Positions 1-11,053 of a DNA stretch of 45,363 nucleotides are shown piece by piece. How positions within the stretch are numbered: position 1 is the first letter of the stretch; each line of letters opens with the position of its first letter. The DNA is taken from positions 1 to 45,363 of the IMG/VR virus record IMGVR_UViG_3300030118_005059; one strand, given 5' to 3'. Origin of the DNA: a virus. Lineage: Duplodnaviria; Caudoviricetes. Below the pieces are notes generated by a model. That model was not told the DNA's origin. It saw nothing but the letters and a program-made list of their open reading frames with translations, and did no database searches. A program made the position numbers and the translations under genes.

Positions 1-290
1 ATTGCATCAAAGTTAATTCTTTGAATCATGTTTTGATTTCCCGAAGCATGATTAAATAAACCAACTTCTCTTATTATATTACCATTCAAAGAACTTCCTG
101 CAATAGAAATTTTAGCCTCTATTACATTACTAGTAGAACCACTTGTAGTAGGCGTAATATTCAATCCTAGAGGAACATCTAATGTGTCGCTTATTGGGTT
201 AGTGGAATTTCCTCCCTGCCCAACATCGGCCTTTAGCATTAAAGTTCTGATATGTGCGGCTACTGTTTCCTGTAATTTTTCTGTTATCAT
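1..290 (-). CDS. Partial tail-tip/baseplate protein (runs off the window; not in ORF track)
   Basis: ATG at 290 overlaps the TGA of the 2085-aa gene (ATGA). The frame is open to the window edge: MITEKLQETVAAHIRTLMLKADVGQGGNST...NIIREVGLFNHASGNQNMIQRINFDA. IREVGLF resembles tail-collar/fibre attachment domains. Confidence 0.65.
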   Translation of the reverse strand, partial: MITEKLQETVAAHIRTLMLKADVGQGGNSTNPISDTLDVPLGLNITPTTSGSTSNVIEAKISIAGSSLNGNIIREVGLFNHASGNQNMIQRINFDA

Positions 291-3200
291 AACAAATCCT
301 CCTCTAACAAAGTAGTGAGTGTAATGCTTCCACCTGCAAAGCCAAATGTGTTGGTGTTTGTATTTAGTGTTGCCGCAAAGCCTAATTGAAAAGACCCCGT
401 TGTTGTTCTAGTCCTAACTAGTAGAGAAATTTCCTTCAACTTGACTTTTTCTAAGAAGCCTATTGAGGAACCTTTCTCGTTGTGAGTCAAAGCCCTTAGA
501 GCATTAGAATTGGACTGTGACTGTAATAGTAATTCTGCTAACACATCTTCTAACTTTTTAGAATATTTACCCATCTCTATAGTTACAAATCCATTAATGG
601 GATGAGTTACATCTAAAACAATATAATTATCTAGATTTACATTTTCTTGTCTAGACTCAAACTGTATTATATCTCCTGCTCTTAGTTGTTCATGACCCGT
701 CGGTATAACTCTGACCTTTACTTTTTTATCAAGATTTTCGTGTATTCTTAGTAATTGGCTTGCTCTATCGTCTACATCTTGTTGTGTAATTAAAGTAGAA
801 TCAACTTCCTCAAGTGTCTTTCTACCAATTTTTTGAATACTAGGTAGGTTTTTTCTATCTGCTTTATGAGAAGCACCATAGACGATAACTTGATTATAGA
901 AATCAAAACCACTATCAATAGTTTCATAGTCCACCATTTTATCATCATTTACTAAGATATTAGTTCTAAAGATAGTATCATCTCTAGGTTTAACACTAAA
1001 TGAATTTTCATTGATTATTAAGGACAAGTCTTTTCTTTCTAATATATAATTGATTGCAGAAAACAAAGAAGTCCCTGTAAATTTAGGAGCGATAAACAAC
1101 GGAAATGTTGGAGAAGTGTTATCAAAAGTCAAGCCTTCTTCCTCAAATATTTCATTGATAATAGATTCTGCTTCGTCGGCTATTGTTACAGTAGAACCAA
1201 TGCAAGCCCTAGTTGGCTCTATTTTTAGTTCTTCTAATGAATTAACTATGAATGTTTCTGAAAAGGAAACAATGCCATTCATTTTTTTCTTTTCTTTTAT
1301 GTTTAAACCATGACTAGTAGTAGCAGTAATAGACTCAACTGTTCTTTTCATAGAGTCATCTCCGTCGCTAATATACATTTCGTGGTGTCCTGTAGGAAGC
1401 AAGGTTCTTGTGTGGCTATTACCCACTACCAAATTACCACCTCCACTCTTATTATCAACATCTATCATAACAAACATAGATAATACTCCTTCTGAACCAG
1501 AAAATGTATCATTTTCTCCTCCTTCATGGTAAAAATAATTATTATTTCTAACATTATACATATTTTCGCTATCTGCTTCTTTAGTATATTCCGGCCTTAA
1601 AGTGTTTAATTGTATTTCATCGGGGTGATTAGGAAGCAAACAATTAGCATTTGGTTGCATTACTCTATATGCTCTTTCGTCTGCTAGTTGAGAACTAGTA
1701 TATAGATGAACAGAACCTACTACATTGTTACCTGACACTTGTTCGGTAACATTTGCATGATGAGCATAGACATAAATAGGGTCTGCTAAATGGCCTAAAC
1801 CTAAACTTAGTCCTCCTATTGTTTCTAGTGATTGAGTTCCTGAATTTACCTCCGGAACTAAATAACACCCTGTTAAATCTACTAAGTCTAACCAAGACAT
1901 AAGTTCTTCATCGGGATTGCCTAAACCTGTGGCTGTCCCTTTTCCATTGATAGGTATAGTATATTTATACAAATCACCATTAGTTGAAGTAGTCGCAGTT
2001 TCTATACCAGACCAATCGGTATGAAATAATCTTAATTTAAATCCTAAATATGCTCCATCAGCAGGACTTTCTCTATCACTATCATTAGTATAATCGTGAA
2101 GATTATTTGGGCTGTTAGGAGAAAGTTTTTGCTGATGATGATTATTAGAGTGAAGAGTTACTATTTCTCTAGGAGAACTGCTAGAAGTGGGGTCTAAAAC
2201 TAGTCCACTTCTTTTAACGCTACCAGTTCCTAAAACATCAGTAGTATCTCCTATTTTAAGAGAGCCTGTCCCGCCTTCTATTGGATAAGTATTTAGCACC
2301 ACCCCTAACAAACCACCATGCGGATTTCCTATATCTGCTGAACGGGAAAACATTTTAGTCATAACATAACTGCTTGACCTTGTGAAAAGCAAACTATTTG
2401 TGGCATTAAGATAAATAGTATTTGTTAGAAAAGGAAATGCTCCCCCATAAACACTAGGTAAAACTACTTCACTATCACCTGCTAAATTAATAGCGACATT
2501 ATTATTATCAGCGTGAGCAGTGCTTCCCGAAGCCCCATAGTTAGTTTGTCCTGTTGGAACTTTTGGTATTATAGCCCCCTTTAATGGGTGATAAGTTCCG
2601 GCTGAACTACTACCAAAAATACTATCAATGTCTTTTCTACCATGTAATGTAGTTGAAAACGCATCGGTTCTTCTTGTAGCAGTTCTATTAGTGGTGCTAT
2701 CCATGTCCGGAGTAAAAGTATTAGCGGTAGTAGTATGGTTTGTTTGTGCTGTTGATGATGTATTAGCAATAGTTCCTACAAAGTCAGTTCCCAAATAAAT
2801 TTTATCTCCCGAAACTAAATCAACTGGAGAAGTAAATACAATTTCATTCAAATTTATAGTATCTATTTGCATAGGATTTCCTGCTTCATCAAAAAAAGTA
2901 AAAGTTTGGCTCTTTGAGGATATGCCAAAATTATTACCAAAAAATAATTCGTCAGTCGGCTTTTCGGGATTAATTAGATTAAAAAATTCATCATACACAC
3001 ATTCTGTTAGTCTCATCAAACCAAATCGTTTTAATTTAGTAATGTCGTCTTCACTAGTAAAATTTAAACTTTGAAAATTTGAATCTTGTAGAACAACATT
3101 TTGATTAGTATCAGTTTTATTAGAATTGTCTAATAAAAGTAATTTATACTCGGATAAAGTTTTCGTAGCCACATTTGAATTTTCGTGAAAGATACTATCT

Positions 3201-6200
3201 GTTCTTAGTGAAGAATAAGGTAATAAATCGGAAGTTATGTAAAAGAAAAGTCTAGGAAAAGAATTATCTACACTTTCAAAAGTATGCTTTCTTATGATTG
3301 TATTTCTAGCAAAATCGCTTCCTATATCTACAAAACCACCTACTCCTGCTCTTCCTTGCCTTCTAGCGTTAATTAAATTAGAACCATAAATGCTCACATG
3401 GCCTCTTTTATCGTAAGGCATTTCATCGTTTTCTCCTCTTTGGTCTATTTCTTCTATAACCATAGAAGTTTGTCTAGGTTTAAACTTATATGCAGTATGA
3501 TTTAATTTAAATGGAGTTTGACGACCAACATATTTTCCAGAAAAGTTGTAATTCTGCCCGACTTGTATATTTATATTATTCACTTCTGCTCCTAATCTAA
3601 ATGAATCTATGTTAATTGATTTGTAATAGGGATTACCAAACATTTTTGTGAAGTCAGCAGTAGATGTTATTTGTGCATTAAAAGGAACTATTCCATCAGT
3701 TTTGTGTTTATGATGGGGTATCGAGAATATTTTTCCTCCCCATAGATGGGCGGTGTTTAGTAGATTAACATGATTTCTGTGTCTTCTTGAAGTCTTAATT
3801 ACATCTCCCGTATCAAAATCAAAAGAGTTTTCAGCAGGGGTTGAAGTTCTATCTATTACTATCTCAAAAATAGTATCGTCACTACTAGGATTACCGCTTG
3901 AAATGTGATTTGCCTTTCTTTCTAGTTTTTTCAACTGCATAACATATCCTATAAATCCTACACTTTCTTCTATATTATTGGCAAAACTGTCAGCAAAAAG
4001 CGGCTCTCCTATTTGAACACGACTACCCATACTTACTATCGTTGATGCGCTAGAAGTTACTATTCTGCCTAAATCATTACCCGTTCCTGTGTCGCTAGTG
4101 CAAACTAATCCAAAAAGATAAGTTTGTTCTATTCTTTGCTCTTTAGTCCCTTGAAAGTCAATAGACCTGCCTAGTGTAATTGGAACATAAGGTGCTAATT
4201 CTATTTGAGTAACATTATCTTTTTTAGAAGTAGAGACGATTTCAAAGTCTATTAAAGTATTAACAGTATCAAAGGTAGATTTAGTTCCCGCACCAATTTC
4301 ATCCTTTAATATACATTCAAACGCACTATCTGATTTTATATTTTTAGGTGAATTTATCTCATATCCTATTGCTTTTTCGTGAGAATTAGAACTTGTATTA
4401 GGTAGTGCAGAAACCTCAGCCCCAGTAGAATCTATTGTATTACCCGCAGTAAAAATTAGTCCTTTTCCTGCTGAACCTGTTAAAGAAGTAGGAGAAGAAC
4501 TAGCAAAATTTGATGAGCCTAACGATTTAGTAAACATATAGTTCTTTTCATTTTCTTTGAATATATCATCTCCTGCAAATACCGAAGAAAGTAGGCCTGT
4601 AGAAATATTAATCCTTTGTAATGAACTACTGCCCCCTCCTGAATAATTAGTTATTGAAGTAACCGTTCCTAAAAAACCTCTCTCAGTAAATATTTTTTCT
4701 CCTGCAACCAAAGTAGTATTGAAACCTGCTGATATTATACCTGTATCAATACTAGTTGCTCCAACCGCACTTGCGGCAGGAACACTACTGCCACTATTTC
4801 CTGTAATGACTTTTGTTAAAGTATTAGTAGGACTATTAGTAGAATAAATAATATCCTCACTAAATGTTGTATCTTTGTTAATAATAGGAGATAGCAATTT
4901 GTTTAGTTTGTTTCTTCCTTTTATGTCTAAAAAGGTCTGAGATTCTTCTTTAGCAGTATTTATTTGTTCTACTTCTCCCTCAAACTTAAGTGAATATACT
5001 ATATATTCTCCTCTAATAAATTCTAAAGGATTAGTGTAGTAACTGTCCCCTAAATAAGAAATAGTTATCATGGATTTATTCTTATCTACTGCTGAAACCG
5101 TAGCCAGCAATCTATTTTCATTTGTCGAATTAAATAATATTTCTAAATTATCTGTCCTATTAATTAAATTCATGGTGGTTATAATTGTATTATCTGTTGG
5201 ATTATATGCCCTTCTTGAAAGAACATCTCCATCAGTGGGAGTAAAACTTAATGAAGAAAATAAATTTCCTGTTTCTGTTCTCTTTTCTGCTCTAACAGTC
5301 AAAGTCTGTAAAGTTGCTGGATTAGTAAAAGAGCCAATACTAGCAACTAGCATTATTTTATCTTTTATTTTTACCTCATCTCCTACATTAAGAACTGTTC
5401 CTAAATCATATTCAGTTCTAATGTTAAAGGTATTTGCTGATGCTTCGGAAACAAAAGAGGCTTTTAGGTCTACAAAGGCATCTAAATTAGCCCTATGTAA
5501 TAGATTTCTAACCTTGTATGGGTCAAAGACATTTATTTTTTTATTCATTATTCTTCCATTATCTACTATTCTGCTTTCGGAAAAACTACCTTGATTGATT
5601 GAATCTCTAGTTTCATTATCTATCACAGCCGTTATAAAATTACATTTTTCCGGAGAGTGATTATAATGTAAATATCTAGTTTGTCCTAAAGTATCTCTCG
5701 TTGTAATAGAATTGTCACTACTTCTTCTAGCATTAATGTAACAATCTTTATACACATTATAATCAAGAGACACCGTTCCTCCTTCATTAGAAGTTGTGTT
5801 TCCACCTGCTCCAATATCTAATGTTCTAAGTTTATCAGTCATACTAACAACTAAGGAATATTTACTGTAATCAATTATTCTTTTACCAAAATCCGAAACA
5901 GTCCTAAAAGTAATACCATCCGAAGCGTCTTGTGCTATCGTTACTGTAGTAGAAATGCCCGTTCTTCCTAAAGCGTAATACTTAGTATTATGGTCTAATT
6001 CATTATCTTTGTCTAATCTATCATTAAAGAAATAAAATAAAGGTCTAGCACAAACCAAATTATCTTTTAAATTAGCACTAGAAGCCTCTTGTTTTAAGCC
6101 AACCGATAAAGCAACAATTTTATTGTTAGTATCATTTATTCCTGTAATGATTCTATATTTTGTTTCCTTTGGTATTTCACTTCCTAGTTTTGGTTCAAAT

Positions 6201-6544
6201 TCAAAGGCATCGCAGGTGCTAGTTCCATTACCGTCGTCTTCTACAATTAGGTTAGTTATTTTAGCAAAGTGGTGTTTCTTATCATCATCGGAATGAATTA
6301 ATACAAAGTAATCTACTGTATCAAAATTATTAAATGTTAAAGTAGATTCACTTTTTATTCTAAAGCCCTTTGTCGTAATCTTGTTGCTTTGTTCCCCACC
6401 TATTGTCATACTAGTGCTAAGGCTATCATCTGTCATAACAATAACAGAAACAAAATGGCCATCTGTAACACTACCAGTTTCTTGAAACTTTACATTAGTA
6501 GGCGCATCATCCTTTGCCGAAGTTGGGTCTGTTTCGAAGGCCAT
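287..6544 (-). CDS. Very large tail-tip / baseplate hub-like protein with long insertions (putative adhesin), 2085 aa
   Basis: Lies downstream of the tape measure and distal tail genes. Hub-like segments FEGEVEQINTAKEESQTFLDIKGRNKLNKLL and C-terminal FYNQVIVYG...SIQKIGRK...LRAGDIIQF...YIVLDVTH...TIEMG. Ser/Thr/Gly/Asn-rich beta composition. Confidence 0.65.
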   Translation of the reverse strand: MAFETDPTSAKDDAPTNVKFQETGSVTDGHFVSVIVMTDDSLSTSMTIGGEQSNKITTKGFRIKSESTLTFNNFDTVDYFVLIHSDDDKKHHFAKITNLIVEDDGNGTSTCDAFEFEPKLGSEIPKETKYRIITGINDTNNKIVALSVGLKQEASSANLKDNLVCARPLFYFFNDRLDKDNELDHNTKYYALGRTGISTTVTIAQDASDGITFRTVSDFGKRIIDYSKYSLVVSMTDKLRTLDIGAGGNTTSNEGGTVSLDYNVYKDCYINARRSSDNSITTRDTLGQTRYLHYNHSPEKCNFITAVIDNETRDSINQGSFSESRIVDNGRIMNKKINVFDPYKVRNLLHRANLDAFVDLKASFVSEASANTFNIRTEYDLGTVLNVGDEVKIKDKIMLVASIGSFTNPATLQTLTVRAEKRTETGNLFSSLSFTPTDGDVLSRRAYNPTDNTIITTMNLINRTDNLEILFNSTNENRLLATVSAVDKNKSMITISYLGDSYYTNPLEFIRGEYIVYSLKFEGEVEQINTAKEESQTFLDIKGRNKLNKLLSPIINKDTTFSEDIIYSTNSPTNTLTKVITGNSGSSVPAASAVGATSIDTGIISAGFNTTLVAGEKIFTERGFLGTVTSITNYSGGGSSSLQRINISTGLLSSVFAGDDIFKENEKNYMFTKSLGSSNFASSSPTSLTGSAGKGLIFTAGNTIDSTGAEVSALPNTSSNSHEKAIGYEINSPKNIKSDSAFECILKDEIGAGTKSTFDTVNTLIDFEIVSTSKKDNVTQIELAPYVPITLGRSIDFQGTKEQRIEQTYLFGLVCTSDTGTGNDLGRIVTSSASTIVSMGSRVQIGEPLFADSFANNIEESVGFIGYVMQLKKLERKANHISSGNPSSDDTIFEIVIDRTSTPAENSFDFDTGDVIKTSRRHRNHVNLLNTAHLWGGKIFSIPHHKHKTDGIVPFNAQITSTADFTKMFGNPYYKSINIDSFRLGAEVNNINIQVGQNYNFSGKYVGRQTPFKLNHTAYKFKPRQTSMVIEEIDQRGENDEMPYDKRGHVSIYGSNLINARRQGRAGVGGFVDIGSDFARNTIIRKHTFESVDNSFPRLFFYITSDLLPYSSLRTDSIFHENSNVATKTLSEYKLLLLDNSNKTDTNQNVVLQDSNFQSLNFTSEDDITKLKRFGLMRLTECVYDEFFNLINPEKPTDELFFGNNFGISSKSQTFTFFDEAGNPMQIDTINLNEIVFTSPVDLVSGDKIYLGTDFVGTIANTSSTAQTNHTTTANTFTPDMDSTTNRTATRRTDAFSTTLHGRKDIDSIFGSSSAGTYHPLKGAIIPKVPTGQTNYGASGSTAHADNNNVAINLAGDSEVVLPSVYGGAFPFLTNTIYLNATNSLLFTRSSSYVMTKMFSRSADIGNPHGGLLGVVLNTYPIEGGTGSLKIGDTTDVLGTGSVKRSGLVLDPTSSSSPREIVTLHSNNHHQQKLSPNSPNNLHDYTNDSDRESPADGAYLGFKLRLFHTDWSGIETATTSTNGDLYKYTIPINGKGTATGLGNPDEELMSWLDLVDLTGCYLVPEVNSGTQSLETIGGLSLGLGHLADPIYVYAHHANVTEQVSGNNVVGSVHLYTSSQLADERAYRVMQPNANCLLPNHPDEIQLNTLRPEYTKEADSENMYNVRNNNYFYHEGGENDTFSGSEGVLSMFVMIDVDNKSGGGNLVVGNSHTRTLLPTGHHEMYISDGDDSMKRTVESITATTSHGLNIKEKKKMNGIVSFSETFIVNSLEELKIEPTRACIGSTVTIADEAESIINEIFEEEGLTFDNTSPTFPLFIAPKFTGTSLFSAINYILERKDLSLIINENSFSVKPRDDTIFRTNILVNDDKMVDYETIDSGFDFYNQVIVYGASHKADRKNLPSIQKIGRKTLEEVDSTLITQQDVDDRASQLLRIHENLDKKVKVRVIPTGHEQLRAGDIIQFESRQENVNLDNYIVLDVTHPINGFVTIEMGKYSKKLEDVLAELLLQSQSNSNALRALTHNEKGSSIGFLEKVKLKEISLLVRTRTTTGSFQLGFAATLNTNTNTFGFAGGSITLTTLLEEDLL

Positions 6545-7782
6545 TATTCATCAACCTCCTCAAATCTAAGATACACCAAAGCATCACTATAAGTTGGAGT
6601 AAGATTAGTTAAAGTAGAAAACACATCCTTTCTTTTGTTTACTATCGACAACTCATGAAACTCTCCCATAAATTGTTTATTTGTGCTTGCTGAACCTGCT
6701 CCTGTATTTCCTTGACCATTAGCCCCTAAGAATAAATCCTCTCTAGCAAATATAAAATCTCCACTATCTTGATGAGTTTCTTGTAATATCCTAGACCCAT
6801 TAAGGTATATTGAGACTTCTCTACTAGTATTATCAAATGAACAGGCTATATGAAATGAGTTATTTACATAAGCAGGGTCAGCCCGCCCCTTGACAAATAC
6901 CTCACATCCGGCATTTATTATCGCTTGATTCTCCGAAGAAATACTATTATTAGGAAAGTTTAGCCTAGTCGTGCCTTTAGCAACGACAAATCCTATGTTT
7001 ATGTATTGTGAATTTTGTCTTATGAATATGTCTGTTTTACCAAAACTAGCAAGAGGAACTTCTGTATTATCAAGACTGGAAAACTGTATTTCTTGAGTTC
7101 CTCCAAAACCCAAAGCAGGGTCGCTAGTTCCACTAGCCGCAATAGAAGTAGCATCACCAATCTTAATAAATTCAGTTCTGCCATTTACTAACCCAGTTAA
7201 ATCGTCATCACTAGAATATTTAACAAAAGAAGAACGATTTGGTTCTATAACAACAGGGCTAGTAAATGTCCTAACTGCATTACTTCCTATTTTTATCTTA
7301 GCCATAATTTTGTATCTAGCAGGATTGTTTCTAGTTCTACCTGTCATGGCGTTAGGGTGTGTTCCGGTAACTTCTGAATTCAACGCTTCGTTTACTAGAA
7401 ATAAAGAAAAATTAGTGCTGTGAAAAATAGCCATTTCATGAGTATCTCTTTCTGTTTTATCTAGATATGTCTCTCCTTGTAAAACAGCATCATTAGTTTC
7501 AGTAACTAAATGAGCCGGAAATATTTTCTTAGAAGTCAGTCTATTAGGAACTGCCGCTTGACCACTAACAGTAGTTCCTGCCCCCATTATATCATATGGT
7601 GTGACTACTGCTTCTATTGTAAATGAACCAGTATGCGCCCATATTCCATAAGTAATATCATCGGTAGTATCACTAGAAGTTCCCGCATCGGGTATATTCT
7701 CGGCATAGTCAATAGTAGCAAAACCATTACACATTACAGGAAATACTAGACTTCTTTGTTTTCCTACAAATATATTATACAT
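6544..7782 (-). CDS. Tail protein with LamG/concanavalin-A-like domain, 412 aa
   Basis: GSFTIEAVVTP ... FHIACSFD...VSIYLNG...LFLGA...FMGEFHELSI are LamG-type signature strands. GAGGTGA SD upstream. Confidence 0.7.
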   Translation of the reverse strand: MYNIFVGKQRSLVFPVMCNGFATIDYAENIPDAGTSSDTTDDITYGIWAHTGSFTIEAVVTPYDIMGAGTTVSGQAAVPNRLTSKKIFPAHLVTETNDAVLQGETYLDKTERDTHEMAIFHSTNFSLFLVNEALNSEVTGTHPNAMTGRTRNNPARYKIMAKIKIGSNAVRTFTSPVVIEPNRSSFVKYSSDDDLTGLVNGRTEFIKIGDATSIAASGTSDPALGFGGTQEIQFSSLDNTEVPLASFGKTDIFIRQNSQYINIGFVVAKGTTRLNFPNNSISSENQAIINAGCEVFVKGRADPAYVNNSFHIACSFDNTSREVSIYLNGSRILQETHQDSGDFIFAREDLFLGANGQGNTGAGSASTNKQFMGEFHELSIVNKRKDVFSTLTNLTPTYSDALVYLRFEEVDE

Positions 7783-7791
7783 TTATTCACC

Positions 7792-8445
7792 TCAAGGTAA
7801 TACATCTGCTATGGTAAATTCCATGTTAAATTCAATTTCTACTGTTTCAGCCGCAAAACTAAATCCAAAACTAGAAACAAAGCCCTTCAATCCTGTGCTT
7901 GTTACTGAACTAGGAAAAGTATTATTAGCCAAAAAAGCACCTTCGTTGTCTAATTTTTCTTGCGCTGTGCTTCCTCCTCCGTCTCCCCTAGCCTTGAAAG
8001 TGAAGGGTATTTGAACCGTATCTGTTCTTTGATTATAGTTTTTATCGACCTTAGAATCCATTAAGATAGTTATCTCTTGAAAGGATTGATACTCATTTAT
8101 TCCTGTGGCATCTACACCCGAAGCGATTAACTGTGCTATTTCTTGTGCAGTGAAATTTAAACTTTTTATGGCAGAATCTTCGTTATTAGGGTCTACTCTA
8201 GTGTGGCTTCTTTTAAGAACAGCATCTACTATATAACCAGTCAATTGTAATCTTCTTTCTGCTTTACCAGTATCAAGAGCAACTGTTCTAGCCTGACCAA
8301 AACCCACTCCCGCAAAAGGAATAGTAAAGTTAGGTATATTTTTATCTACACTAAAAGAGGCAGAGGTAACTTTTAAAGGAATAGTATCTACCGTTAAATC
8401 ACTACCGCTAAATTTCTGTAATTTCAAATAAACATAGTCTGTCAT
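7792..8445 (-). CDS. Putative distal tail (Dit-like) protein, 217 aa
   Basis: Immediately downstream of the tape measure gene. Tube-fold-like pattern (ALDTGKAERRLQLTG; GFVSSFGFSF...EFNMEF). GAGGTGA SD. Confidence 0.5.
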   Translation of the reverse strand: MTDYVYLKLQKFSGSDLTVDTIPLKVTSASFSVDKNIPNFTIPFAGVGFGQARTVALDTGKAERRLQLTGYIVDAVLKRSHTRVDPNNEDSAIKSLNFTAQEIAQLIASGVDATGINEYQSFQEITILMDSKVDKNYNQRTDTVQIPFTFKARGDGGGSTAQEKLDNEGAFLANNTFPSSVTSTGLKGFVSSFGFSFAAETVEIEFNMEFTIADVLP

Positions 8446-8454
8446 CTAATCACC

Positions 8455-11040
8455 TCATATCAAATTTCTAAAAGAAGAACGCCTATTTATTTTAGTGCTA
8501 ACCATTCTACCTATCTCATCAGCCATTCTTCTCATCTCTTCTTTAGAGGTATCTTTAGCATTGATGGTTATATTAAAATTATTTACAGTAGAACCCATCA
8601 TCTGCTTAGATTGATTATTAGTATAAACTCTAGAACCCGCAGGTAATTTAACTAATTCCGGCCCTCTTTCTCCAACAAGAGTTGTTTCTCCTAGTCCCAC
8701 TATTCCTCCTCTTGCTTTTTCTTTTATGCCTAAGAATTCGCCTACTTTACTTAACCCACTACTAACCCTATCCTTTATTCCTTTTAGAATCTTAACCTGC
8801 AACACAGCATCTTTAAGTTTCTCAACGGTTTCCTTAACACCATCCTTAACTATATCTTTGAAGAATTTATACGCTACAAATCCTAACAAAGCCACTAACC
8901 AAACCTTTGCTCCCAATATGAAAGCAGCCACCATTACAATAGCCCCTGCCGCTACTGCTAGTTTTCCCTTTGTTGATAGGGCTTTGAATTTCTCTCCCAA
9001 AGTAACAAGCAATCCGCCTATTATTCCTAGAGCAAAAGTAATTATTGTTCCACCAAAGGTAATTAACAATCCAGCCGCTAATTGTAGTAGTCCCCAAGTT
9101 AGGGTAACTAAACTATTAACAAAATCAGTAATGCTACCATCTCCGAAAACCACATTCCAAAGTCCTTGTAGTCCTTCCCAAATAGTAAGAACGGCAGGTA
9201 ATATCATACTAAGACCGAACAAGAACACCGTTTTAGCGGCTTCAAAGGCTTTCATTATAGTTGGGCCAATTAGTTTTAATGTTATGAATAAAATCGCAAT
9301 GAAGGCTAAGAAACCTAAGAAGAACATACCTACTCTTTTAGCAATCATTCCTATATTAAAACTAATAGATTTTATTCTCTTTAGTGGTTTATAGGTTTTA
9401 AATCTCAACTCCATTTTCTTTCTTGCTTTTGCTAGATAACTTAATGGTTCACCCTGTTCATCTGTAGCACTATCAATTAACTTTAACTGTTTCTTAACTG
9501 CTTCATTTTGGCCTCTTGTTAATCCCTTTAACATAGCCCCAAATGACCTTCCTATAGGGTCTGCCTTTCCTTTTATTTTAAACGCTTCATCGGCAGTTAT
9601 TCCTTTTCTAGTCCCTTCTCTTGTTATTTTTCCTACTTTATTTTCTGATAACGCAAGTTCTTTTTGTGCTTCTTTTATTCTTTTTTGTAGTTTTAAAATC
9701 TCTTTACGCTTTTCTTTTCCGGCTGGCATCGAGTCTAATTTTTTATCTCTGTCTAGTTTTAATTGTTCTACCTTCTTTTCAGCATCCATTCTATCTTTCA
9801 AGGCGGTTCTTAAGTTCTTAGTTTGCTCCTTTATGAGTTTCTTATGGTCTTTTCTTTCTTCCATTCTATTTAGTCTTTCAGTGACTTGAACCTCGTAAAG
9901 AGATTTAATTCTGTTCTTTAGTTTTTTAGCCTCTATCTGTTCATTTAATTCTGTTTCATATTCTGCTTGAGTTTTTCCTAGTTCTCTTAATTTATCATAG
10001 TATAGTAACTTATTATTAAGAATCTCCGAATCCATATTTTCAGCGAGACTAGATAGATAACTGATATTAGATTTTATTCCCATAAATATTTTTGGAATAA
10101 ATTTCTTTATTGATTGAGTTCCTGTTTTTCCTTCTAGTTTTTCTTTAAATGTTTCTGGAGTAGCATCACTTCCTATGTTCTGCCTTCCTAGCATAAATCC
10201 AGCATTTGTTATTAAACTATTTTTCTGTTGTAATTTTCCTTCTTGTTTTAGGCTTTTCATAGTAGACTTATGAAGATTTTTTTGTAGTCTATGTTTTTTA
10301 GAAATTAATTTTATATTTTCAGTAAAAAATCCGAGTATTCTTTTTTGACCTTTAAACTGGAATTTATACAATCCCAATGTCGCTTTTATTGCTTTTTGTG
10401 CTTTACTCTCAGTTTTTTCTACTTCTTTTCCTGTCTTTTGAGTTAAGTCTCTAAGCATTCTAAGACTGCTACCTGCTAATTGTAGAGAGAACCCTATTTT
10501 ACTTATAGCCCTGAAACCACCCGGAATAAACCCAAAAACAGCCCTTCTTATTTTACCCGCTTCAAATCCGAGTATTCTAATTTCTTCTCTACTAGAAGTT
10601 AAAAATTCTGCAAAGTATTCAAGAATACTCCCGCCCTGTTTCTTATACTCTAGTATTGATTTAGCACTAAATAGTTCAAATTTTTTAGGTCTAGCATTTT
10701 TACTCAACGCCTTTAGAGTATTGTTAAATATAGTAGTCCTTTTGTTAGCCCTAGTAATTGCCACCCCAAGATGAGTTACTTCGTGTCCAAATTCATTTGT
10801 ATTTTTACTGCTTTCCTCAACAGTTTTATTGTTCTCTTTAAGGTTCTTATCAAATTTTTCAATTCGCTTATCCAATTTTTTAAATGTTTTATCGAATGCT
10901 GTTTCAGTTTTTTTCAGGTGTTCTTGTAAAGTAGCCATAGTTCCACTAATATTTTCTATTAGTTCGGGCAAACCCGCTAAACCTAATTTGTTTAAATTAG
11001 CCTTTGCTTGTGCGCCCTTCATAGCCTTTACTCTACTCAA
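8455..11040 (-). CDS. Tail tape measure protein, 861 aa (TTG start)
   Basis: Long helical/coiled-coil protein with a hydrophobic Gly/Leu-rich segment and a typical TMP C-terminus (ARGGIV...LVGERGPELV.LP.GSRV...NNFNITINA). Follows the chaperone pair. Confidence 0.85.
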   Translation of the reverse strand: MSRVKAMKGAQAKANLNKLGLAGLPELIENISGTMATLQEHLKKTETAFDKTFKKLDKRIEKFDKNLKENNKTVEESSKNTNEFGHEVTHLGVAITRANKRTTIFNNTLKALSKNARPKKFELFSAKSILEYKKQGGSILEYFAEFLTSSREEIRILGFEAGKIRRAVFGFIPGGFRAISKIGFSLQLAGSSLRMLRDLTQKTGKEVEKTESKAQKAIKATLGLYKFQFKGQKRILGFFTENIKLISKKHRLQKNLHKSTMKSLKQEGKLQQKNSLITNAGFMLGRQNIGSDATPETFKEKLEGKTGTQSIKKFIPKIFMGIKSNISYLSSLAENMDSEILNNKLLYYDKLRELGKTQAEYETELNEQIEAKKLKNRIKSLYEVQVTERLNRMEERKDHKKLIKEQTKNLRTALKDRMDAEKKVEQLKLDRDKKLDSMPAGKEKRKEILKLQKRIKEAQKELALSENKVGKITREGTRKGITADEAFKIKGKADPIGRSFGAMLKGLTRGQNEAVKKQLKLIDSATDEQGEPLSYLAKARKKMELRFKTYKPLKRIKSISFNIGMIAKRVGMFFLGFLAFIAILFITLKLIGPTIMKAFEAAKTVFLFGLSMILPAVLTIWEGLQGLWNVVFGDGSITDFVNSLVTLTWGLLQLAAGLLITFGGTIITFALGIIGGLLVTLGEKFKALSTKGKLAVAAGAIVMVAAFILGAKVWLVALLGFVAYKFFKDIVKDGVKETVEKLKDAVLQVKILKGIKDRVSSGLSKVGEFLGIKEKARGGIVGLGETTLVGERGPELVKLPAGSRVYTNNQSKQMMGSTVNNFNITINAKDTSKEEMRRMADEIGRMVSTKINRRSSFRNLI

Positions 11041-11053
11041 TTAATCACACTAC

